DNA of 64,000 nt from a virus (lineage: Duplodnaviria; Caudoviricetes). Both the position numbers and the translations under genes were made by a program. Location: positions 96,001 to 160,000 of the IMG/VR virus record IMGVR_UViG_2609460327_000001. The stretch is one strand, 5' to 3'. Under the pieces are notes generated by a model. The model was not told where the DNA came from. It did no database searches and worked only from the letters and a program-made list of their open reading frames with translations. Of this stretch, positions 56,301 through 64,000 are shown piece by piece. Positions within the stretch are counted from its first letter, which is position 1; every line of letters begins with the position of its first letter.

Positions 56301-58550
56301 AAGGCGGTCATGAGGGCAGACGGCGTTATGGATGTAACACTCACCCCGCCAATGCTAACGAAGGATAATATACCGATTGAAGTTCAGAACTTCTCTTGGA
56401 ATCGAATATGGGCAACAAGCGGTGAAGGCGTAAACATTCGGATTAACGGTGACAACTCTGTTTCTGCTGAGGTCGATGTGCCGCCGATCATTCCGATTGG
56501 AGCACCACTCACCCTGCCACTGGAAGGAACAGATAAGATTTATAAGCAGGAAGGTATGAAATCGATGGGCCTTCTTTTCGGGACAGGAAACATTCTCGAG
56601 AAGCTAAACATTTCATCCAGTGTTCCTGCAAATGAATTGCTTCTGCGTATCGAGAGAGGGGATTCAGCGGGTAACAATCGGGAGAATCGAGTGAACTATC
56701 GCTGGCATTATAACTGGCAGAACCGAGAATACTTCGAGGTGGATCAGGCAAATCGAGGCGTTAACCGGATGCGCATGAAAAACATCCTGCAGCCGGGAAC
56801 AACAAATGTGATCGAAGGGCTTACGGCTGACCTTGTAGCGTGGACAACTTTCGAAGAGCTAGAGTCAGTGCCGGTGTTGGCCATTAAGATTGATGATGAT
56901 AAAAAGATCGAAATGGAGAAGCCAAAGGTTGAGCGAGACAACACGGAGATCGACAACTGGTATGTACGGGTGAAGAACGGCAGGGTGAAGAAGCGATATG
57001 TCCTTCCTTATTATGAGGCTGGTGAAAAAGTCCCGCAGCTCTATGTATCCTATCCAGAATTGATTCCATACGCTCCGATGAATCCGGAAGAACGAAAAGA
57101 AATCATTATGGATTATACGGTGCCGGAATATACGAACCAAGAGTTCTACAATGAACCGGTCATTCTGATTGATCGAGAGCATCCTGTCATTCTCAATGAT
57201 AAAGCGATTCAAGTTGGATTCACGCCAATTGCGATGGCATCCGAAGCTGGCGTAAGCTATCTCGAAGTCGAAGCGATCCGAATGAATCAGTCTCGTAAGC
57301 TAAGAGTTTCCGACATCGATGCGAAAAAAGGTATCATTTATCTGCACGATAGGATTCGAGATCAGGACGAAGTGATTGTACGATATGCTTATGTAGAGGA
57401 TTGGTACACGTACCGCGGGTACAATCGCAGCGGAGAGTTCTTCCATCTGGACTTAAACCCAAGTCCAGGACACCGATTTACGATGGCCCAAGATGGATTT
57501 CATGAATGGGTGCCGGGAGATGTGACGCTGCGCGAATCGTACACAACGACCGAGAAGCAAAGCAATGAATTATTAGTTAGACAAATGCACGTCTATCTAA
57601 GACCCACATCCATCTGGATACAAGAGGAATCAGGACCTCAGCTCATTAGTGGTACAACTCGTAATCAAGCGATCTTCCATACGGATGACAACTACTGGTT
57701 TGAGCCAGATGATTATAACTATGATCCATCCATGCTTCGACTAGGGAAAGTAACAGTCCAAGCCAACTCCAGCCTTAAGAAAGATGTGGTCATTATGGAC
57801 ACCCGGACAAGAGGCGGTGGTCTGGATGAAGCATTATCTAAAGCGGTCATTGCCAAGGTAAATAAAGAATCACTTTACCATTGGGATATCGGCTACTTTG
57901 ATGGAGAAGCGTATCAGGAAAATGGAGTCATTATTGTTCGGCTCCCGCGCAGTATCCTAGCCACTCCAAATAATCCAAACGGATTTAGTGAAGCTGAAGT
58001 GCAAGCAGCTGTAGCGAAGCATAAAGGATACGGAATCCTGCCGATCATTGAATACTATGATCTGCAGCCAACCGATCTTAACGTGCTTGGTAATCCAGAG
58101 TTCCTTTACGGCAAGCACCTGAATGAATATAACACGAATCTATCAAGCGGATTATACTTCATTAATCAGCAAGACCTCGGTACTGGCGACAACTCTATCC
58201 TTCAAATTGAAGAGGGAGGCGTATACGGCATCCTGCTATCCACAGCCAATCTGGAGTACAGTGATTACACTTTGGATATCAAGGCGAAGAAGATGTCTAA
58301 GGCGGAGGATCGTTCGGCAGCTGTCATCCGGTATGTATATCGAAACGGAGAAACGGCAGAAGTACCGATGGCCACAATCAACAGTGAAGACTGGATGATT
58401 TATACGGCTGACATTATGAATGACGGTAATATTGATTCCATCATTATTCAGGTGAACAGCAAGGAAGCTAAAGGTGGCATTCTTGTAGACTATGTTAAGA
58501 TGTTCCCGAAATTTACGGAAATAGATGGAGTGGAATTTATAGAATTGTAA
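53400..58550 (+). CDS. Giant baseplate-associated structural protein with a thrombospondin-C-like domain
   Basis: GTG start at 53400 (RBS GAAGGGAG) or 53379. NDDDVIGIQFRV...YYCFLWEK (55395). C-terminal DTRTRGGGL...WDIGYFDG...GVIIVRLP block. Confidence 0.65.
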   Translation: MIKDFYRIACIISVKDQNELDKVFVYDDYFTINETMNQAAIGQALCGGMSMQEVFQNQIDDYIQEYGIQPNRVTVVGYQTKSGHKDISVVFYKDGVEQKVQTADGSMKAVAYYHKDERLDYGLELFEFDKALPNGKLSLRVGEQVPTGDVNLAYIHSPRINVEENVSLIDTSSVNENVIPIDQIESLVVPDANGVLSYADVVSDDQPIIMRPPYSRFPSKNINITRRFTQNETVISNALFYKFELKYHYDSDPGEAGKVIRYTGSQIQLTDENGNLLGPEFKRLIYAQATEQNPKIYWVKIYIQSNTDEEQTFKVRYNHVETPAPDEELKSTTKTVELYSNQGNVGLIEGGKLRVINGIGAYEQVTAEDLRAAEDIQEVYSIEEYPDKDGYKITVPQRSMNDPRARNAFNYKLSATYLDDKNNQRTLTFGYVSDWTMNADALLAHEKLEFTGEYKTLGVNIGGGYVDARSLIQSIMPVDMPSLPMDAIFKIEDASGNLLYTTQTASDNGSVESIVAESGSSPAQAKSNTTTAKWTGASGSNVKLKNNPIEHQVTVYPEQQKSEVDFTWEASGSGEIITSQSYQGRWKVCQNVTIEKAFTAKPIDVFTGWDFIGSNETRGKWEYNKARDVLLLTVNKIEVSGYYNGAHKDKENYIFSACVTVNDHNDDDVIGIQFRVNNDKEYYCFLWEKDQLMREPGANGNGVGRVLVDERGVSAVLYYKNPDPNKFNSAYEAETNMTKYMSDYGFKNRKKGIFKASPTTLPPYSDALHPNCQYKSDRTGSSFENITSNVNYNAKGWVPGETYKIRVVVAGSKFQVYIGNDTSDDALGTLVCEAEDSTYSKGSYGICNISQENALWSKLKFTELDVHELCTDWENVTLTSNDWVKVSDKKPADILTPLIEQYMKDTYGNDMPYTVTTPSVVGDPADLRAEVRNDGYIWAVTNSSQAGGTLSTPWLTSDNRKNITGTGKAVMRADGVMDVTLTPPMLTKDNIPIEVQNFSWNRIWATSGEGVNIRINGDNSVSAEVDVPPIIPIGAPLTLPLEGTDKIYKQEGMKSMGLLFGTGNILEKLNISSSVPANELLLRIERGDSAGNNRENRVNYRWHYNWQNREYFEVDQANRGVNRMRMKNILQPGTTNVIEGLTADLVAWTTFEELESVPVLAIKIDDDKKIEMEKPKVERDNTEIDNWYVRVKNGRVKKRYVLPYYEAGEKVPQLYVSYPELIPYAPMNPEERKEIIMDYTVPEYTNQEFYNEPVILIDREHPVILNDKAIQVGFTPIAMASEAGVSYLEVEAIRMNQSRKLRVSDIDAKKGIIYLHDRIRDQDEVIVRYAYVEDWYTYRGYNRSGEFFHLDLNPSPGHRFTMAQDGFHEWVPGDVTLRESYTTTEKQSNELLVRQMHVYLRPTSIWIQEESGPQLISGTTRNQAIFHTDDNYWFEPDDYNYDPSMLRLGKVTVQANSSLKKDVVIMDTRTRGGGLDEALSKAVIAKVNKESLYHWDIGYFDGEAYQENGVIIVRLPRSILATPNNPNGFSEAEVQAAVAKHKGYGILPIIEYYDLQPTDLNVLGNPEFLYGKHLNEYNTNLSSGLYFINQQDLGTGDNSILQIEEGGVYGILLSTANLEYSDYTLDIKAKKMSKAEDRSAAVIRYVYRNGETAEVPMATINSEDWMIYTADIMNDGNIDSIIIQVNSKEAKGGILVDYVKMFPKFTEIDGVEFIEL

Positions 58551-58571
58551 TGCGTTACATGATATGATAAT
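58546..58571 (+). promoter_or_regulatory. Palindrome TGTAATGCGTTACA with adjacent TGnTATGAT extended -10-like box
   Basis: 14-mer identical to 6307-6320, at 58546-58559, overlapping the stop codon. TATGAT follows here and at 6322. Confidence 0.6.
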
Positions 58572-58577
58572 ACACAG

Positions 58578-58606
58578 CAGCTCGCATATACTGCGGGCTG
58601 TTTCTT
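58578..58606 (+). terminator. Probable terminator/attenuator hairpin
   Basis: CAGCTCGCA-tatac-TGCGGGCTG followed by tttctt. Confidence 0.55.
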
Positions 58607-58622
58607 ATAAGGAGGAAAAGGT

Positions 58623-59681
58623 ATGCCAATCACAGATACAAGGAATATCGTGCAGTTTGTGAATGAGCTTGAATCGAGGATTAATAACTTAGATCAGGAC
58701 CTTTTGGATTGGGAGAATAATAAAAGCCAAATTCTAAATGCCCTGCCTCAGATCAATCTCAACCGCACGAATGCCATCACTGCAATCGTTAAAGCAGAGG
58801 ATGCACTAGCAGAGCTTAATACGGCAACTTACGGTGTCGTTGCGGCTAAAGGGCAGCGCCTTAAAAAACTGCTCGATGATCTGAAAGCACAAGTCATTGA
58901 GATTGCCGAGAATGCACCAGGCAAAGGCATTGAGATTGACTCTTACATTCAAGATGAAATCAACAATGCGATCGCCGGTGTAGACAGTGCAATTCACGAT
59001 GGATTAAAGCTGGACTATCGCATTAGGCAAGTTCAGGATATGGCTCAAGAAGGAGTAGAGTTTGCTCAAAAAGAAATCATTCTTCCTTTTAGCCATAAAA
59101 CAATTAATCCATTAAATCATTATGAGGTTCAGCTCGAACCGCAAGAAGGCGTAGAGTATGTCAAAGGGGATGTGACAGTACTTGATGCCGGCGGGGATCG
59201 CGTTGTGCTTGGAACGAATCAAGAAGCCATTACTGGAACGATCTATGAGAACGGAACGATTATTCTTTCTGAGTCTCCTAAAGTGCCAGTAACGCTGATT
59301 TATCCAGCACGGCTAAACTTTAATGATGTGCCAGAAGACTTCTTGTATTACACGTTGCAAATGATGCTATCGAAGTCTAGTCCAACCCTTACATTCGTTC
59401 AGAAAGTTGAATCGATCGTAACGGAAATCCTTACAGATATCCGGTACATGAAGGGAACGAACTGGACAGTAGATCACAGCATTATGCGTAACCGAAAGGA
59501 CATACTGCTGGAAAGTATCACGCCTAAAGGTTTGCAGGTAGATGTCCAAAACGGAAATGTTCACGCTATGTTCAGCTACAACGATCATCCGAACTTGAAA
59601 CACTTTGTTCTGGAGAAGTTAAATCCAGAAACGAATGAGTTCGAGCCGTATGATGGGGCTGAGGGGATTATTTCTAAATGA
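58623..59681 (+). CDS. Hypothetical structural protein (coiled-coil N-terminus)
   Basis: RBS AAGGAGG. 352 aa with a heptad-like N-terminal half. Confidence 0.6.
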   Translation: MPITDTRNIVQFVNELESRINNLDQDLLDWENNKSQILNALPQINLNRTNAITAIVKAEDALAELNTATYGVVAAKGQRLKKLLDDLKAQVIEIAENAPGKGIEIDSYIQDEINNAIAGVDSAIHDGLKLDYRIRQVQDMAQEGVEFAQKEIILPFSHKTINPLNHYEVQLEPQEGVEYVKGDVTVLDAGGDRVVLGTNQEAITGTIYENGTIILSESPKVPVTLIYPARLNFNDVPEDFLYYTLQMMLSKSSPTLTFVQKVESIVTEILTDIRYMKGTNWTVDHSIMRNRKDILLESITPKGLQVDVQNGNVHAMFSYNDHPNLKHFVLEKLNPETNEFEPYDGAEGIISK

Positions 59682-60412
59682 CCGAGTTGATGAGCCGATA
59701 CCAGGAATTGAATGCAAGAGAAAAACCCGAAACTTCTAGCCGAGGGAAAAGAAATATGGCTGGTATTATTGTCAGTGAAGGATTTGCAGAACACATGAGA
59801 GTTACCTCAGGAGATCATGAACTTACGCCTGTAAGAATATCTGTCGACGGAACTGTTGCTCCTGCAGATGAAGAAACATTCTTAGCATCTAGGGCAATCC
59901 CAAGCAGAGGTAGGGGGTATAACTTTCCTCAAGAAATATTAGGAACCTTTTTTGATGGGTTGAGGACTAATATAAGGACAGATGATCTTCCGTATTATCC
60001 AGGAGTGAATCCTATTGAATTTGCTGACGAGGAAGTGCCAGAAGATGCATATACGCGCCAAGAAAGTTTCGACGATTATGCTGTATCTATTTATGCAGGT
60101 GGAGTACCTATTCCTGGAGTCTTGAGATATGAAATGACAGAGCAATTTGAAAACAGGAGAATTGAAGGCTACTTAGAACTACAGCGTTTTGGCGGCGATT
60201 CGATTTTGTATCAGGTTGCCAGGGAGCAGGAATCCCGTATCCGAACTATGATGATACGCATGATTAGAGACAGTGGTGAAGTGATAACCCAAGACGTGAC
60301 CAATGTGCACTGGATTCGCCGGACAATCAGCAGATCGGCAGGCGAAGACATGGAGACTGAGCGCTTTTATTTTACAGCTAATTCTATCAGATCATATGGT
60401 AGTGAAAATTAA
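59678..60412 (+). CDS. Hypothetical protein; C-terminal half weakly resembles the tail tube fold
   Basis: ATGA overlap with the previous gene. Starts MTELMSRYQE like the next gene. RRIEGYLELQRF and VTNVHW...TERFYFTANSI echo tube motifs. Confidence 0.55.
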   Translation: MTELMSRYQELNAREKPETSSRGKRNMAGIIVSEGFAEHMRVTSGDHELTPVRISVDGTVAPADEETFLASRAIPSRGRGYNFPQEILGTFFDGLRTNIRTDDLPYYPGVNPIEFADEEVPEDAYTRQESFDDYAVSIYAGGVPIPGVLRYEMTEQFENRRIEGYLELQRFGGDSILYQVAREQESRIRTMMIRMIRDSGEVITQDVTNVHWIRRTISRSAGEDMETERFYFTANSIRSYGSEN

Positions 60413-60427
60413 AGTGAGGGATTATAT

Positions 60428-60874
60428 TTGACGGAGTTAATGAGTCGATATCAGGAAAATGCAGTTCAGAAGCGAATACATCTTCAGGGGATTTTGAAAT
60501 CTGGCGAAGACGGGATGAAGTTTGAAGATGGCTATGATACCATTGCCCGAACGATTGCCGGTCAGATAGCGTCTTGTAATGAATCCAGGCATCAACCGGA
60601 AGATGATTATCGATCAGATTATTCCCTTTGTCTACCGGAAGTTTTCCTCCGATTCTATTTGAGTGACAAGAAAGTCTCGCTGGAAGAAGCAGAAGAAAAG
60701 CAGATTATGATGTCGATCGGGGAGCTTGATATTTATACGGAATGGTACGGCTATTCAGAGTATACGATTGAAGGGTATTGTGTCGAAAACTTCACCATCG
60801 GTAACCATGACATTGAATCGATCCTGAAGACGTATAAGGGGAAATACGCACACATCATTATGGAGATTTATTGA
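60428..60874 (+). CDS. Hypothetical protein
   Basis: TTG start with RBS GAGGG. N-terminal MTELMSRYQE identical to the upstream gene. Confidence 0.6.
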   Translation: MTELMSRYQENAVQKRIHLQGILKSGEDGMKFEDGYDTIARTIAGQIASCNESRHQPEDDYRSDYSLCLPEVFLRFYLSDKKVSLEEAEEKQIMMSIGELDIYTEWYGYSEYTIEGYCVENFTIGNHDIESILKTYKGKYAHIIMEIY

Positions 60875-60897
60875 AGGCAGCTCGTAGGCTGTCTTTA
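60874..60897 (+). terminator. Possible terminator hairpin
   Basis: AAGGCAGCT-cgta-GGCTGTCTT followed by a short T-tract. Confidence 0.45.
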
Positions 60898-60917
60898 CAT
60901 ACGAAAGGAGGAGTGAC

Positions 60918-61232
60918 ATGTTAAAGACTTTAGCTAGGGTGCCACTATTTTGGTTACTGTTTTCTTGGAATATAGGAGTAGTCATCCTTGCTGGTGTTAT
61001 TATTTATAAGTTATTCTTTTGGATTCTTGGGTTTTGGAAGTGCAAGACTTGCAAGAAAGCACATTGGGCTGACACATTATCTTGTAACTATGAGAGCGCA
61101 AAAGGATATGTATCAGGTCCTTTCTGTGAAAGTTGCTACATTGTTTTTTTGGAAAGTCGCACAATTAAACCGCCACCGCCCAGCTGGCGACCATCGAAAC
61201 CAGCACCACCGAAACCAAGGAGTGGACAATAA
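60918..61232 (+). CDS. Small membrane protein with CxxC...CxxC motif and Pro-rich tail
   Basis: RBS AAAGGAGG. Hydrophobic N-terminal ~38 aa, CKTC and CESC, then PPPPSWRPSKPAPPKP. Confidence 0.65.
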   Translation: MLKTLARVPLFWLLFSWNIGVVILAGVIIYKLFFWILGFWKCKTCKKAHWADTLSCNYESAKGYVSGPFCESCYIVFLESRTIKPPPPSWRPSKPAPPKPRSGQ

Positions 61233-61234
61233 AG

Positions 61235-63706
61235 ATGAGTAACTATTTAGACCAATTCCTTTCCACGCTCCCGCAGACTCAAAAGCAAAAGCTTATGGAG
61301 CTTCTGGAGTTAAAGCAAAGAGAAGGATACATCAAGAGTGATACCGAGTTCCAAGCCGAACTCGAACGGCTGCTTAAAGTCTTGGATTCAGCGAATGCAA
61401 CGCCGACTTTTCAAGCTCGACACCAAACCGGCAAGACGGATTCCAGAAGTTATAACAGTAACCTTGAAGAGATTGCATTTGATCTCTCTACAATATTTGC
61501 AGCTTCGAACCAGATCGACAGCTTAATGGATGATAATCAGCGGTTGTCACGGTCAATGCTTGCAGACATTCGCAAGAAAATCTATGCCCTTGAAGCAGAG
61601 GTTGAGAAGCAAGCATTGATAATGAAGAACACAGATGGATTCGTAGAAGGAGTCCATGAGCAATTCAAAGCTCCCCAATATACTGAAACTAGCGAATCAT
61701 CGCTTGCAATTCTCAGAAAAGATCGCTATGGCCAATATCTAAATAACAAATACAGTGCTGAGATTGTCAGTGACTCACTACAGCTTGCTTCATTCGAAAC
61801 GATAGACCAGCTTAAGAATCCCTATGGAAGAAAGCTGGCATCGATTCAGGTGTTGAACCGGATCGGAACAGTGGCCACAAATAATAATCATCCAATATCT
61901 AATGCCATAGATGGTTCGCAAGAAACCTTCTGGGCAGAAGTCATTCTGGCCGATGATGTGATTACGCAAAATATCAGTGATCTGTGGACACATGACTATG
62001 AAGGCTATGAGATGGATGGGGCAATGTGTGAGCTTGAAATTAGGCTGAACGGTATTACGACCGTATCTGAGATTAGCCTTGATCCGTATGCTTCTTATCC
62101 TCTTGAGATTGTGGCCATTCATGGATATGAATCTTCCGATTACGCAGGGAAGACTTACAAACTCGTTACGCCTAATCATGAGAATCCGCATCAGCGAAGC
62201 AAGAAGTCTGTAGGACAGATGACATTCCAATTCCCATCGGTCGATGTGGCCAAGATTCGTATCCTGCTTCGCCAAGAGAATTACGTAAAAGAAAACTATC
62301 TGGTGAATGTAGATGAGCAGAACAACATGGAGCTGTGGAATAAAATTGCAGGTTCCGCAGAACTTATGCAGCTCGGCACCGATGCTATTGCCGATCAACG
62401 GGAGCCAGGGGAAACCATTGCTGAGTTCGATAAGAAGAATCAGCTTACAGGCTGGAGCCAATATCTCACAGCGCTTCAAGAGTGGGCTGAAAAGCAGGGC
62501 GACAAAGCGAAGTCTGTTCTAAGTGCTGCCAAGTCAGCCATGGAGCAGGTCAGAATGGGTAACTATCAAAACCCTATGATGCTTGCTCTGCGTTCGATCA
62601 GTGCAAATACGAATCAAGCTACAGTGGATGAAGGCACACTGAGTCAGCAATATATTGCAGCCAACAAGCTATCCTATCTTTATGGCTTATACAATGTCAG
62701 CATTACCGGGCGGAAGTATTTGCAAAGATCGATCTACGTGTCTGAAGGACTGCCCGTGTCCGGAAATGTGAAACGCATGTCTCTTGTTACAGAGGAGAAG
62801 CATCATGATATGGATTTAGAGAATGGGGATAAGGCACGGATCACGGATGTTGAGTACTACATCAGCTACAAAAAGAATCCAGAGCCAACTGCATGGCATC
62901 CTATTATGCCGGCTGGCAAGGATTATGTAAGAGGCGAACTCCTGCTAGGCAGCTCGGTTGGGGGCGATGATTATCTCCTGCAGAACACCATTAACTTCAG
63001 CTTTCGCTTCCCTGTCATCTCTAAAGATACGGTTACTGTCCGGAGAGATGGCGTGCCAATCGGCGGTGACCAATATGTCATTACGGATGATGGAAAGAGA
63101 ATAGGGATCAGGCAATCATTCTATTCTGCTTCCAGCATCTACACTGTAGACTACAAGCCAGCGAACGAGGCTTATTACGTTGACGTGGATGCAGAGACTG
63201 TACAGCCAATGCAGTACATTAACCCACAAGGGGAAACAGGTGAATATTTCAACGGCGTGAATGCGAACAACACGATCACGCTGCAGCATACTCCTTACGT
63301 TTACCGGAGTGAGATCTTCAATTACGACTCACAGAATGACCGCTACACACAAGACAGCAGTCAGCTCAGCATGGATAAACTTTACTATCCGGTTATCGTC
63401 CGGGTTGGCGGAGTGGAGTACAAGAATATCACAGACTATGCTAGTGGCACTTATGATAAGAACCGGCTCCAAAACGAGAACGATGGCAGGAACTTTGCTC
63501 AAATTGGCAACACCCTTTACTTCCCTATTTCCACATTTGATGGAGAGCTGAAAGATATTGTGGTGGACTATTACTACCTCACAACAGACGTTCGATTAAA
63601 AGCGATCCTGCGTAGAAATAGTGCCGGTTACGAGAGCGTTACACCTTCCGTATATAGCTGGTCCATTCGTTGTCAGACTTATGATCAAGAGGTGCGAGAT
63701 GAGTGA
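61235..63706 (+). CDS. Large structural (baseplate-associated) protein
   Basis: 823 aa. Coiled-coil N-terminus, discoidin-like NAIDGSQETFW segment, C-terminal RLKAILRRN...TPSV motif. Confidence 0.6.
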   Translation: MSNYLDQFLSTLPQTQKQKLMELLELKQREGYIKSDTEFQAELERLLKVLDSANATPTFQARHQTGKTDSRSYNSNLEEIAFDLSTIFAASNQIDSLMDDNQRLSRSMLADIRKKIYALEAEVEKQALIMKNTDGFVEGVHEQFKAPQYTETSESSLAILRKDRYGQYLNNKYSAEIVSDSLQLASFETIDQLKNPYGRKLASIQVLNRIGTVATNNNHPISNAIDGSQETFWAEVILADDVITQNISDLWTHDYEGYEMDGAMCELEIRLNGITTVSEISLDPYASYPLEIVAIHGYESSDYAGKTYKLVTPNHENPHQRSKKSVGQMTFQFPSVDVAKIRILLRQENYVKENYLVNVDEQNNMELWNKIAGSAELMQLGTDAIADQREPGETIAEFDKKNQLTGWSQYLTALQEWAEKQGDKAKSVLSAAKSAMEQVRMGNYQNPMMLALRSISANTNQATVDEGTLSQQYIAANKLSYLYGLYNVSITGRKYLQRSIYVSEGLPVSGNVKRMSLVTEEKHHDMDLENGDKARITDVEYYISYKKNPEPTAWHPIMPAGKDYVRGELLLGSSVGGDDYLLQNTINFSFRFPVISKDTVTVRRDGVPIGGDQYVITDDGKRIGIRQSFYSASSIYTVDYKPANEAYYVDVDAETVQPMQYINPQGETGEYFNGVNANNTITLQHTPYVYRSEIFNYDSQNDRYTQDSSQLSMDKLYYPVIVRVGGVEYKNITDYASGTYDKNRLQNENDGRNFAQIGNTLYFPISTFDGELKDIVVDYYYLTTDVRLKAILRRNSAGYESVTPSVYSWSIRCQTYDQEVRDE

Positions 63707-64000
63707 ACCTATTAAGAATAATTCGCAGCTCCTGTATGAGCAGGCGAAAGCACAATTCGATGCAGCTAAAGCCGCATTCGATGATGGAAGCATTAAGACA
63801 AATACGAAGCTGATACAGACTGTCTTCCAAGCGTTCGAGAGCTTCTTCACTTCGATAGGGCAACCGCAGATGGTCTTGCGGCTTGCTCCCGAAGGCGGGC
63901 CGCCATGGTCAGAAGATTACAACAACATGATGGATGAGATTAAAAAAGACATGGAGATTATGTATCAGGAGATTGATCTGATCGGCAGGGCGCTGTACAC
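63699..64000 (+). CDS. Structural protein paralogous to the 61235 ORF, 3'-truncated by window edge
   Basis: RBS GAGGTG, ATG 63699, open to the window end. DGSIKTNTKL...SEDYNNMMDEIKKDMEIMY parallels EGYIKSDTEF...SRSYNSNLEEIAFDLSTIF. Confidence 0.65.
   Translation, partial: MSEPIKNNSQLLYEQAKAQFDAAKAAFDDGSIKTNTKLIQTVFQAFESFFTSIGQPQMVLRLAPEGGPPWSEDYNNMMDEIKKDMEIMYQEIDLIGRALY

Noticed and set aside
1-64000. Headless contractile injection system (eCIS/tailocin/T6SS) interpretation
   Set aside because: Cannot be strictly excluded because no capsid genes are in the window, but the size, the phage-type fibre and baseplate genes, the RNAP, and the lack of an Afp15-like ATPase or T6SS membrane components favour a large phage.
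1-64000. CRISPR arrays, tRNA/rRNA genes, IS elements, introns/inteins, alternative genetic code
   Set aside because: I saw no spaced direct repeats, cloverleafs, transposase, homing-endonuclease or intein motifs by eye. ORFs tile the window densely under the standard code, using all three stop codons.

Overview
Everything coding in this 64 kb window lies on the + strand. It reads as the tail-morphogenesis module of a very large contractile-tailed (myovirus-type) phage or prophage. The host is probably a spore-forming Firmicute (Bacillus/Paenibacillus/Brevibacillus-like; inferred from strong AAGGAGG ribosome-binding sites, sigmaA-type TATAAT boxes and GH73/M15 murein hydrolases). Gene order: sheath-like paralog, tail completion protein, 923-aa sheath, three tube paralogs (the first broken by a +1 frameshift), two chaperone paralogs, three giant ORFs (1957, 2260 and 2145 aa), spike/wedge/baseplate genes, a cassette of modular discoidin/C-type-lectin/LamG fibre proteins, a permuted NlpC/P60 enzyme, and giant Ig/TSP-C/PA14 baseplate-appendage proteins. 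No capsid, terminase, integrase, tRNA, rRNA or CRISPR array is visible. The main discovery is the 2260-aa ORF (13654..20436), which sits where a tape-measure or ejection protein would be expected. It carries, in one chain and in the correct order, motifs of both the beta and beta' double-psi barrels of multisubunit RNA polymerases (catalytic KADSDGD), an N-terminal DEDDh 3'-5' exonuclease and a C-terminal hydrophobic segment. It is a candidate single-chain virion RNA polymerase with a fused exonuclease. Two families of repeated intergenic motifs (TGTAA-N4-TTACA palindromes and TGGTTYGGTATART hairpins) are candidate regulatory sites. All family assignments come from motifs recognised by eye; no searches were run.
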